Part shown: positions 35,885 to 43,673 of the stretch, in pieces
Numbering within the stretch: position 1 is the stretch's first letter
Layout: each line of letters starts with the position of its first letter
Source of the DNA: Desulfosporosinus sp. UBA4726
Lineage (GTDB): Bacteria > Bacillota > Desulfitobacteriia > Desulfitobacteriales > Desulfitobacteriaceae
Reading direction: 5' to 3'
NCBI GenBank assembly: GCA_002404215.1
Contig: DHJG01000014.1
Coordinates: 20,357 to 64,029, forward strand
DNA: 43,673 nt
Position numbers and translations under genes: made by a program
The notes under the pieces: model-generated
What the model saw: only the letters and a program-made list of their open reading frames with translations
What the model was told of the DNA's origin: nothing
Database searches by the model: none

Positions 35885-37549
35885 ATGCCTAATCGAGTAG
35901 GTATTGATGTAGGCGGTACCTATACCGATGCTGTATTTATTCACAATGGTCGTATCGAACGTACAGCCAAAGTGCCCACGAGATCTGTTGATTTAGTGGA
36001 AACTATATTGAATGCCTTTGATACGTTGAAAATCCCTGATGAGCAGGTGATCAACCAGATTACAGTGAGCACAACACTCGTTACGAATGGCATTCTCCAA
36101 GATCAACTTCCTTCGGTCGAATTGCTTTTATTCTCTGGACATGGGATGAGCTTAGATGCGCTTCCTTGGCCGGTTAATTATCGGGAGCTCTCCGGAGAAA
36201 TGGATTTCCGAGGTCGAGAAATAGAGCCACCCGACCAGAGAGAATGGGAGAAGCTTAAATCCGATCTACGTGAAGGTCCTACCCACGTCGCCATCGTAGG
36301 TAAGTTTTCCCATAGGAACGGTCTTCATGAAGAACAGCTAGCGTCCTATCTAAGACAACTTAATCCCTCATTAAACATTGCCTTGGGACATGAGTGGGGA
36401 CAAGCTAATTTTTATCGACGCAGCCTGACCACGTATCTTAGCATAGGTGTTTCCGATTTATATCATCAATTTGTTCAACAATTACAAACGGCCGTAACTG
36501 CCCGAAAGATTAAAGCCCCGATTTCTATCTTAAAGGCGGACGGTGGGATTTTACCTCTTGCAAAGCTTCGGCCCATCGATTCCATTTATTCTGGACCGGC
36601 GGCAAGTGTCCTTGCCGCTTTGACTCAACTTGAAACAACAGCTTCCTGTATCGTCGTGGATATTGGCGGAACAACGACAGATATAGGGCTTATCCTTTCT
36701 GGCGTCCCGTTACTTAGTTCAAAAGGAGCCCAGATCGGTCCTTTTTCAACCCTTGTCCGAACCCTTGCGGTCCGTTCAATTCCAGTGGGCGGGGACTCTG
36801 TCATCCGTGCCACAGATCAGGGTTTTATACTCGAAAATTACCGCCTTGGTCCCGCCTATTGTCTGGGTGGAAATATACCGACGCCAACGGATGCGATGCG
36901 CTACCTTGGTCTTATTGACTATGGCAACGAGCAATTGGCGGAAGAAGGACTGGCCTCTATTTTGCCTGAGGAACGGCGAACACAGACGTTTCTGTATGAG
37001 CTGGCCACAGCTATTATTGAAAGGATGGTTGAGAAAATCGCGGAGGCTGTTGATTCCCTTAAGCGAGAGTGGCAAGAAGAGCCAGCTTACAAAGTTTGGG
37101 AGGTTCTCCATCCTCATGTAAATCAAGCTTTCCAGACGTTAGTCAGCGGAGGAGGCGCTCGGGGTATGACAACGGCTCTCGGTAAACGCCTCGGCACGCC
37201 TGTTCAACTCGGGGCTTTTTCGGAAGTATCTAATGCCCTTGGTGCGGCTATGGCTAGATCTACCTTGGATTGCACCCTTCATCTTGACACCTATATGAAA
37301 CAGTATCGCGTGGAAGAGACAGGCGAACAGGGAAAATGGACAGGATCACTTCGACCTTACCTCGAAGTGGAGGGATTTATGGATACCCTGGTTCAGAAGC
37401 AAGCAGCACGTTATGGGATTATGATTCAAGATCTGGAAAAGGAGCCCTTCGATTTCTTTCCTATAGTTCAAGGTTCTAGAACTGTAGGCCAAATTGTGCG
37501 CGGAGCCGTTCATTTGCGGGCCGGTGTGATTGGGAGGGTACACGTATGA
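35885..37549 (+). CDS. Hydantoinase/oxoprolinase (HyuA-like, ASKHA-fold ATPase) family protein
   Basis: GIDVGGTYTD, STTLVTN, SGPAAS, DIGGTTTDI, GGDS, PTPTDA, NALGAA. Confidence 0.92.
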   Translation: MPNRVGIDVGGTYTDAVFIHNGRIERTAKVPTRSVDLVETILNAFDTLKIPDEQVINQITVSTTLVTNGILQDQLPSVELLLFSGHGMSLDALPWPVNYRELSGEMDFRGREIEPPDQREWEKLKSDLREGPTHVAIVGKFSHRNGLHEEQLASYLRQLNPSLNIALGHEWGQANFYRRSLTTYLSIGVSDLYHQFVQQLQTAVTARKIKAPISILKADGGILPLAKLRPIDSIYSGPAASVLAALTQLETTASCIVVDIGGTTTDIGLILSGVPLLSSKGAQIGPFSTLVRTLAVRSIPVGGDSVIRATDQGFILENYRLGPAYCLGGNIPTPTDAMRYLGLIDYGNEQLAEEGLASILPEERRTQTFLYELATAIIERMVEKIAEAVDSLKREWQEEPAYKVWEVLHPHVNQAFQTLVSGGGARGMTTALGKRLGTPVQLGAFSEVSNALGAAMARSTLDCTLHLDTYMKQYRVEETGEQGKWTGSLRPYLEVEGFMDTLVQKQAARYGIMIQDLEKEPFDFFPIVQGSRTVGQIVRGAVHLRAGVIGRVHV

Positions 37550-38880
37550 AACGAACTGGAATTTTATTTTTCCCTGCCTTTGATTGGTCACTGGGTGACT
37601 TTCATCCTGAACGTGAAGAACGTCTGCTCTATACGCAGGAGCAACTGTTTGAAGAGGGGGTCCTCGACTTGCCCCAAATCAAGCAGTTTTCACCGTGCGT
37701 TGCCTCTATACACCAGGTGTTACGAGCTCAAGCTTTATTGCCGAATCCGAGGGTGCATGCGGATACGCTAGATGCTCACCTTATTGCAGCGGGGAGTGCT
37801 ATCTTACTCGGTGAAGCACGGGTCCGCGGGGACATTGCCAATGGTTTCGTCCTGGCACGCCCCCCAGGGCATCACTCTGGGGGGACTGTTTGGGGAAATC
37901 GTGGCTTTTGTACGATCAATAATGAAGCTGTCCTTGTGAACCATTTGAGGGCTCGGCTGGGAGTTAAGAAGATCGCCATTATAGATACTGATGTTCATCA
38001 CGGAGATGGCACACAAGATATTTTTTATCACGATCCCAATGTCCTTTTCATTTCTCTTCACCAAGATGGCCGTACACTTTATCCTGGTACTGGTTTTGTC
38101 AATGAAAAAGGTGGTCCAAATGCTTGGGAACAGACCTTGAACATTCCACTACCACCGGGGACCGGAGACGAAGGGTACCACTACGTTCTGGAAAACTGGG
38201 TACTACCACGCTTACAAGCGTTTGCCCCTGATTTGATTATTAATTCAGCGGGGCAGGATAATCATTTTACGGATCCTTTAGCTTCAATGAATCTGACCGC
38301 AGGCGGATATGGGCGAATTACCGAACTTCTTCAACCTGATTTAGCAGTTCTTGAAGGCGGATATTCCATTGAAGGGGCACTGCCTTATGTTAACTTGGCT
38401 ATTTTACTTGCTCTGGCCGGAGAAGATTACCATCATGTTCGTGAACCTCAGAAACTAGATCGTCCCGTTTTATCATTAGCGACTATTAAACCGTACATTG
38501 AGGCATTAAAAAAACAACATCAAACCATTAAACCCAGCTTTACTATCCGTAAAAAAGCCTTTTTCCCCACCGGGAATTGGATCTATAGTCCCCATTCCGT
38601 CTATTATGATACAGAAGGGTTCCAAGAAAACCGACATGATTACGTCCGCCAATGCAACCATTGCGCAGGAACCGTCTATATTGAGAGCGATCGTTCTCCC
38701 CATAAGTCGATACTAGTACGAATCCCGTTTCAAGCCTGTCCGGAGTGTGAACAAGCTGGCTATGACCTTTGGGACCATCTTCTACATCACAGTGATGATT
38801 GTATAAGTGGGCTATTGCAAAACCAGCTCCAAGATAAATTTTCAGTTTGGCATAGGAAAGAAGGACTGACGCTATTTTGA
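37546..38880 (+). CDS. Histone deacetylase family Zn amidohydrolase with C-terminal CxxC...CxxC extension
   Basis: HPE, RPPGHH, GFCTINN, DTDVHHGDGTQ, SLHQ, YPGTG, SAGQD, LEGGY; ATGA overlap with the upstream gene. Confidence 0.94.
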   Translation: MKRTGILFFPAFDWSLGDFHPEREERLLYTQEQLFEEGVLDLPQIKQFSPCVASIHQVLRAQALLPNPRVHADTLDAHLIAAGSAILLGEARVRGDIANGFVLARPPGHHSGGTVWGNRGFCTINNEAVLVNHLRARLGVKKIAIIDTDVHHGDGTQDIFYHDPNVLFISLHQDGRTLYPGTGFVNEKGGPNAWEQTLNIPLPPGTGDEGYHYVLENWVLPRLQAFAPDLIINSAGQDNHFTDPLASMNLTAGGYGRITELLQPDLAVLEGGYSIEGALPYVNLAILLALAGEDYHHVREPQKLDRPVLSLATIKPYIEALKKQHQTIKPSFTIRKKAFFPTGNWIYSPHSVYYDTEGFQENRHDYVRQCNHCAGTVYIESDRSPHKSILVRIPFQACPECEQAGYDLWDHLLHHSDDCISGLLQNQLQDKFSVWHRKEGLTLF

Positions 38881-40856
38881 CATCGGTAATTCATATTCTG
38901 GACACTCATTCTGCAAACCAAATTGCCGCTGGCGAAGTCGTAGAACGTCCTGCTTCTGTTGTCAAGGAACTGATCGAAAACGCCTTAGACGCAGGGGCAA
39001 AACACATTGACATCACCATCGAAGGAAACGGCGTACCATTAATTAGGGTAAGGGATGATGGGTGTGGGATCGCCGTTGCGGACTTGCCTTTAGCCGTTAT
39101 ACGTCATGCAACCAGCAAAATTAGTCAGATCGAAGACCTAGATCATTTGCAAACACTTGGTTTCAGAGGAGAGGCACTACCGAGTATTGCCTCGGTTTCT
39201 CACTTGGAGATTACCTCACGCCCTGCAGATGAAGTTGCTGGGTTAAGCCTGACTCTGAAGGGTGGGGAGCAAGGGGAGTTTAACGAAGTGGGGTGCCCCG
39301 TCGGAACATCCGTGACGGTCCGCAATCTTTTTTTCAATACCCCTGCACGCTTAAAATTTCTAAAATCCACCCCTACAGAATTCGGCCAAATAAGTGACAC
39401 GGTTGGACGAATGGCCCTTGCCCACCCGGAAATCGCCTTTTCTTTGACTCACCCACAGCAAGTTGTTTTACAAACGTCCGGACATGGGGATTTGCGTGAA
39501 GCTATTGGTGCAATCCTCGGTCATACAATTGCACGACAACTCATTCCGATCAACGCCCACCACGAAGACTGGCGGTTAGAGGGGTTTATCAGTCCGCCGG
39601 ATCTAGTCCGTTCTTCTAAGCAAGCGCAAACGTTTATGATCAACGGGCGAATTGTCCGCTCGCCCTTCTTGAGCCGTGCCCTGGAGGAAGGGTACCATAC
39701 CCTTATTCCGACGAAACTCCATCCTGTAGTCGTACTTCATCTTCATGTTCCACCCTCAGATTATGATGTGAATGTCCATCCCACAAAAATGGATGTGCGG
39801 TTCAAGCATGAGCAAGCTCTAACCCCTTTTATTAGTCAAGCTGTCTTTAAAACCCTACTGAGCAGTAAACCATTACCCTCGTTTCAAACCCAGTCCACAT
39901 TCCAGCTCAAATCTAAACAGACCTTGCCGCTACAGGGTTTTCTGCCCTCCAAAGCGATAACCTCTCCAATGAGCTCCCAGACATCATTGCAAATTCGTGA
40001 GACGGCAGTACCACCAAGAGTCCCAAATCCTGCTAGTGAACATGCCCCTAGACTCGATCTGATCGACCAACCACAGCTCTTCAATGCTACTTCGAAAAAG
40101 AATACAATTAGGGGACGTCAGGATCCAAGTGAAACTCATCCAACAACTTTTCCTGATCCCTGCACCCAGGAGTATCCAGATACTCAAATTGATCTATCTC
40201 AGGATCTTCCGACCCAGAGTGATCTACAGATACAAGAGAGTCTGTCTACCTCAATTGATTCAGAAGTCCAAAACATCTTAAGCAATATATGGCCATTAGC
40301 ACAGCTGTTCAACACCTATATCTTAGCGACAGATGGTAAAATTCTTCTTTTGATCGACCAACATGCTGCTCACGAACGGATTAACTATGAACATCTCTTA
40401 GCAAAGTTTAAAGCAGCTGACCAATCCAGCCAAACTCTTCTTATCCCACTTCCTATGGAGTTTACACTTCAGGAGGAACAAGTGATTTTGGAATATTTAT
40501 GGATTCTTAATGAAATGGGATTTATTTTGGAACAATTTGGAATGCGAACCTACTTGTTACGCGGTGTGCCTGTTCAAACAAGTACTTCTCAAGCAGACAG
40601 GCTACTTCGTCAGTTTATCGAAGAAATCTTGCAGAAGAATTCTTCGCCCAGTTTAGACAAGTTATTGCAAGAATGGATTTATCTGTTGGCATGCAAAGAA
40701 TCTATTAAAGCCCAAGATACGCTTTCCTTACTGGAAATGGAGCAATTGATTGCCCAACTAAATCAAACTGAAAATCCCTATACATGTCCACATGGACGCC
40801 CAACGATGGTTAAAATGACTCGTTCAGAACTGGAAAGACGTTTTTACCGCACATAA
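38877..40856 (+). CDS. mutL: DNA mismatch repair endonuclease MutL
   Basis: IAAGEVVERPASVVKEL, GFRGEAL, DVNVHPTK, endonuclease motifs DQHAAHERINYE, ACK, CPHGRP; TTG start overlaps the HDAC stop. Confidence 0.97.
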   Translation: MTSVIHILDTHSANQIAAGEVVERPASVVKELIENALDAGAKHIDITIEGNGVPLIRVRDDGCGIAVADLPLAVIRHATSKISQIEDLDHLQTLGFRGEALPSIASVSHLEITSRPADEVAGLSLTLKGGEQGEFNEVGCPVGTSVTVRNLFFNTPARLKFLKSTPTEFGQISDTVGRMALAHPEIAFSLTHPQQVVLQTSGHGDLREAIGAILGHTIARQLIPINAHHEDWRLEGFISPPDLVRSSKQAQTFMINGRIVRSPFLSRALEEGYHTLIPTKLHPVVVLHLHVPPSDYDVNVHPTKMDVRFKHEQALTPFISQAVFKTLLSSKPLPSFQTQSTFQLKSKQTLPLQGFLPSKAITSPMSSQTSLQIRETAVPPRVPNPASEHAPRLDLIDQPQLFNATSKKNTIRGRQDPSETHPTTFPDPCTQEYPDTQIDLSQDLPTQSDLQIQESLSTSIDSEVQNILSNIWPLAQLFNTYILATDGKILLLIDQHAAHERINYEHLLAKFKAADQSSQTLLIPLPMEFTLQEEQVILEYLWILNEMGFILEQFGMRTYLLRGVPVQTSTSQADRLLRQFIEEILQKNSSPSLDKLLQEWIYLLACKESIKAQDTLSLLEMEQLIAQLNQTENPYTCPHGRPTMVKMTRSELERRFYRT

Positions 40857-40956
40857 TCTTCTAAAAGTTTGTGTGTATCATGACCTGGGTATACTATCAG
40901 TTAGGGGCGAAATGCATAGCCCTATTGATACGAGAAAGAAAACCGGAGGTTCAATA

Positions 40957-41754
40957 TTGAATGAAATCTCTATTCTTATAAAAACTACGCATTCTGACTT
41001 AGAACTGCAAGAGAGACTTCAGTGGTTTCTCCAACAGCCAGGATGTAAATGGATGCTCGCCCAGAGTGGGGAAGGGGAACTGCCAGAACTAACAATTGCA
41101 CGTCGTGGTGTTTTCTTGACTCATGAGAGCGAACGCCTATCCTTTCATGCAAGTATGGCTGTGATTCGATTACTTAATCTCCTACGTGGTGGGTCTGATC
41201 GTTATCTCCAAGCTACCCAGCTAAAAGCTGGAGATTCTTTAGTTGATGCCACACTGGGTCTAGGGACGGATGCCCTGATTGGGGCATGGGCTGTCGGCAA
41301 AAAGGGAAGGGTCTTGGCGATCGAACAATCTCCGATCTTAGCGGCCTTGGTTCATGATGGCTTAAATCATTTTAAGGAAATCATTCCAGACGCCAAAAAT
41401 GAGGAAAAGAAGGCTACTTGGGTTGCTTTAGAACAGGCTTCTCGGCAAATTGATGTTCGCTGGGGAGAACACCGAGAGTACTTAAGCAGCATCCCCGACC
41501 ACTCTGTCGATGTTGTCTACTTTGATCCCATGTTTCGCCACACCCGTAAACAGTCTGACTCGATCCAACCCTTACACCGCTGGTCAGACCATAGACCTCT
41601 TGATCAGGAGGCAGTTTTAGAAGCTTGTCGAATTGCTCGGCATCGAGTTGTACTAAAGGAACGTAAAAACAGTCCTGAGTTCCAACGTCTAGGGTTTGAG
41701 ATTCAATACGGTAGCCAGTACAGCCCCGTCGATTATGGTATTATTTTAGTTTAA
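40957..41754 (+). CDS. Class I SAM-dependent methyltransferase (RsmJ/YhiQ-like)
   Basis: DATLGLGTDA, DVVYFDPMF, RVVLKE; start set to TTG 40957 by GGAGG RBS (ORF track 40873). Confidence 0.85.
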   Translation: MNEISILIKTTHSDLELQERLQWFLQQPGCKWMLAQSGEGELPELTIARRGVFLTHESERLSFHASMAVIRLLNLLRGGSDRYLQATQLKAGDSLVDATLGLGTDALIGAWAVGKKGRVLAIEQSPILAALVHDGLNHFKEIIPDAKNEEKKATWVALEQASRQIDVRWGEHREYLSSIPDHSVDVVYFDPMFRHTRKQSDSIQPLHRWSDHRPLDQEAVLEACRIARHRVVLKERKNSPEFQRLGFEIQYGSQYSPVDYGIILV

Positions 41755-41773
41755 TTTAATGGGGGATGGTTTA

Positions 41774-42724
41774 GTGTATCCACTTGTTATAATTATTGGC
41801 CCTACCGGAGTGGGGAAATCGGCACTTGGTGTAGCTCTGGCACTGGAAATCGGAGGAGAAATTATATCTGGAGATTCCGTTCAGGTGTATCAGAAACTTG
41901 ATATTGGTTCAGCGAAGCCTTCTGCAGCAGAACTCCAACTCGTTCCACATCATCTTATCGATTACTTAGATCCCTCAGAGCCCTTTAGCGCAGCTCAGTT
42001 TAAACTGCAAGCTACTTCTCTGATTGCTGAGATTAGGGGCCGTGGCCATGTTCCAATTGTGGTTGGTGGAACAGGACTATATATTCGTTCTTTGCTCGAT
42101 CCCTATGATTTCTCTCAACATGGCTCTGAGGAAATTCGTTCAAAATGGAAGGAATACACTTCATTGAACGGGAACTTAGCATTGCATGCAGCACTGAAGG
42201 AATGTGACCCTGAAACAGCAAAGCAGTTGCATCCCAACGATGTATTTCGCATTATTCGTGCTCTTGAAGTTCTTGAATTAACCGGCAAAACTCTATCGAG
42301 CCAACGTCAATTTCGAGATGATGAATACCAGCCACTAGACCCATCTATCATCTACATTGGTCTAACTGCGCCACGCGACATAATCTATGAACGTATCAAT
42401 CAACGATGTGTTCAGATGCTTGCTCAAGGTTTAATCGACGAAACCCTTAGTCTGTTAAAGATTGGTTATGCCCCGACTTTAAAGCCCTTACAAAGCATCG
42501 GCTATCGCCACGCACTCTGGTACGTAAAGGGGCTTGTCTTGCAAGAGGAAATGCTACGTTTGCTTCAAAGAGACACTCGTCATTTTGCAAAACGTCAACT
42601 GACTTGGTTCCGCCGTGATCCTCGAATCAGCTGGTATGATATCAAGACAGAAACGGGCGTAATAGTTGAGGCTATCGTCGAGACTTGCAGAGCGTGCCAA
42701 ACTCGTGTAGAATATATAAAGTAG
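41774..42724 (+). CDS. miaA: tRNA dimethylallyltransferase
   Basis: GPTGVGKS, DSVQVY, DIGSAKP, VGGTGLY, RIIRALE, AKRQLTWF; GTG 41774 likely start (ATG 41759 alternative). Confidence 0.97.
   Translation: MYPLVIIIGPTGVGKSALGVALALEIGGEIISGDSVQVYQKLDIGSAKPSAAELQLVPHHLIDYLDPSEPFSAAQFKLQATSLIAEIRGRGHVPIVVGGTGLYIRSLLDPYDFSQHGSEEIRSKWKEYTSLNGNLALHAALKECDPETAKQLHPNDVFRIIRALEVLELTGKTLSSQRQFRDDEYQPLDPSIIYIGLTAPRDIIYERINQRCVQMLAQGLIDETLSLLKIGYAPTLKPLQSIGYRHALWYVKGLVLQEEMLRLLQRDTRHFAKRQLTWFRRDPRISWYDIKTETGVIVEAIVETCRACQTRVEYIK
42685..42713 (+). promoter_or_regulatory. SigA-type promoter for hfq inside the miaA 3' end
   Basis: TTGCAG-N17-TAGAAT. Confidence 0.5.
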
Positions 42725-42750
42725 AAATATAAGGTGATGGAGGAAAAAAT

Positions 42751-42990
42751 ATGAATAAATCGCCCATCAATTTACAAGATACGTTCTTAAATCAGGTGCG
42801 TAAGGAAAACCTTCCTGTGACCATTTATTTGGTTAACGGGTTTCAACTAAAGGGACTTATAAAAGGATTTGATAACTTCACGGTTCTCATAGAGTTTGAG
42901 AACCGTCAACAGATGGTCTATAAACATGCAATTTCGACCATCATGCCGATTCGCCCGATTAACTTAGCTGCTGGGACTGCCACCGAATAA
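42751..42990 (+). CDS. hfq: RNA chaperone Hfq
   Basis: [33 protein letters not shown]. Confidence 0.98.
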   Translation: MNKSPINLQDTFLNQVRKENLPVTIYLVNGFQLKGLIKGFDNFTVLIEFENRQQMVYKHAISTIMPIRPINLAAGTATE

Positions 42991-43028
42991 CGGAAAATTT
43001 ACTCATCCGCAGAAGGTCCGAAGCGTAT

Positions 43029-43064
43029 AACTAAGTTCGGTAATTATCGGACTTAGTTTTTTTT
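43029..43064 (+). terminator. hfq terminator
   Basis: AACTAAGTTCGGT-AATT-ATCGGACTTAGTT followed by T-run. Confidence 0.85.
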
Positions 43065-43066
43065 AC

Positions 43067-43095
43067 TTGAATTCATTACTCATCTATGATAAATT
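43067..43095 (+). promoter_or_regulatory. SigA-type promoter for typA
   Basis: TTGAAT-N17-TAAATT with TG extension. Confidence 0.45.
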
Positions 43096-43143
43096 TAAGT
43101 CATATGCTTTTATCTTACCGAAAGAAAGGAACTCAACCCAACT

Positions 43144-43673
43144 ATGGAAACTCGAAATTTAAGAAACATTGCAATTATCGCTCACGTTGATCACGGGAAG
43201 ACTACACTTGTTGATGCCATGTTAAAACAGAGTGGAACCTTCAGAGCTAACCAACAAGTTATCGAACGCGTCATGGATTCCAATGATTTAGAGCGTGAAC
43301 GTGGAATTACTATTTTATCAAAGAATACTTCCGTTCATTGGCAAGGAACAAAGATCAATATTATCGATACACCAGGGCATGCCGACTTCGGAGGCGAGGT
43401 CGAGCGCGTCTTGCAGATGGTTAATGGAGTACTCCTCATCGTCGATTCCTTTGAGGGTCCGATGCCACAAACTCGTTTTGTGTTACGCAAAGCCTTAGAA
43501 CTTAAGCTTGTTCCTATTGTTGTGATTAATAAAATTGACCGTCCTGATGCTCGTCCCGCTGAAGTGGTCGATGAAGTTCTAGACCTCTTTATTGAGCTTG
43601 GAGCAGAGGACCATCAGTTGGATTTCCCAGTTGTCTATGCTTCTGCACGTTCAGGAGTTGCAGGGCTCGCCTC
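43144..43673 (+). CDS. typA: Translational GTPase TypA/BipA (partial, runs off the window; not in ORF track)
   Basis: Manual translation [31 protein letters not shown]...[13 protein letters not shown]...[14 protein letters not shown]...NKID. Confidence 0.97.
   Translation, partial: METRNLRNIAIIAHVDHGKTTLVDAMLKQSGTFRANQQVIERVMDSNDLERERGITILSKNTSVHWQGTKINIIDTPGHADFGGEVERVLQMVNGVLLIVDSFEGPMPQTRFVLRKALELKLVPIVVINKIDRPDARPAEVVDEVLDLFIELGAEDHQLDFPVVYASARSGVAGLA

Noticed and set aside
43295-43498. 67-aa ORF in the ORF track
   Set aside because: Alternative frame inside typA, which starts at 43144
1-43673. Selenoprotein (in-frame TGA) genes, tRNA/rRNA genes, transposases, prophage
   Set aside because: Redox-motif proteins read through with Cys and are full length; no signatures of the other classes were seen by eye

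Overview
About 43.7 kb of core chromosome from an anaerobic, spore-forming Firmicute. Gene content (SpoVD-like PBP, YtvI, SigH/SigF/SigG-like promoters, Etf/Fix systems, miaB-ricA-mutS-mutL-miaA-hfq-typA synteny) suggests Desulfosporosinus/Desulfitobacteriaceae; this is inferred, not searched. I found no transposase, prophage, CRISPR array, rRNA or tRNA. The window encodes an ANTAR regulator, OsmC, a phosphodiester glycosidase, a UPF0182 protein, trxB, a fixABCX-type etf operon, a rhomboid protease, a PBP, pepV, an orphan PAS kinase, a Crp/Fnr regulator, a methyltransferase, a second etfBA, gap-pyk, small genes, dac-ytvI and the miaB...hfq-typA cluster. Most notable observations: (1) a stand-alone hydantoinase-A/ASKHA ATPase and an HDAC-fold amidohydrolase with a Cys4 tail inserted between mutS and mutL and overlapping into mutL; (2) two inverted copies of a structured interspersed repeat, each abutting a terminator; (3) a promoter plus terminated structured leader near a non-phosphorylatable ANTAR protein; (4) a 70-nt G-U-rich hairpin RNA candidate; (5) small genes missed by the ORF track that carry their own promoter, RBS and terminator; (6) a CsoR-type operator at trxB.
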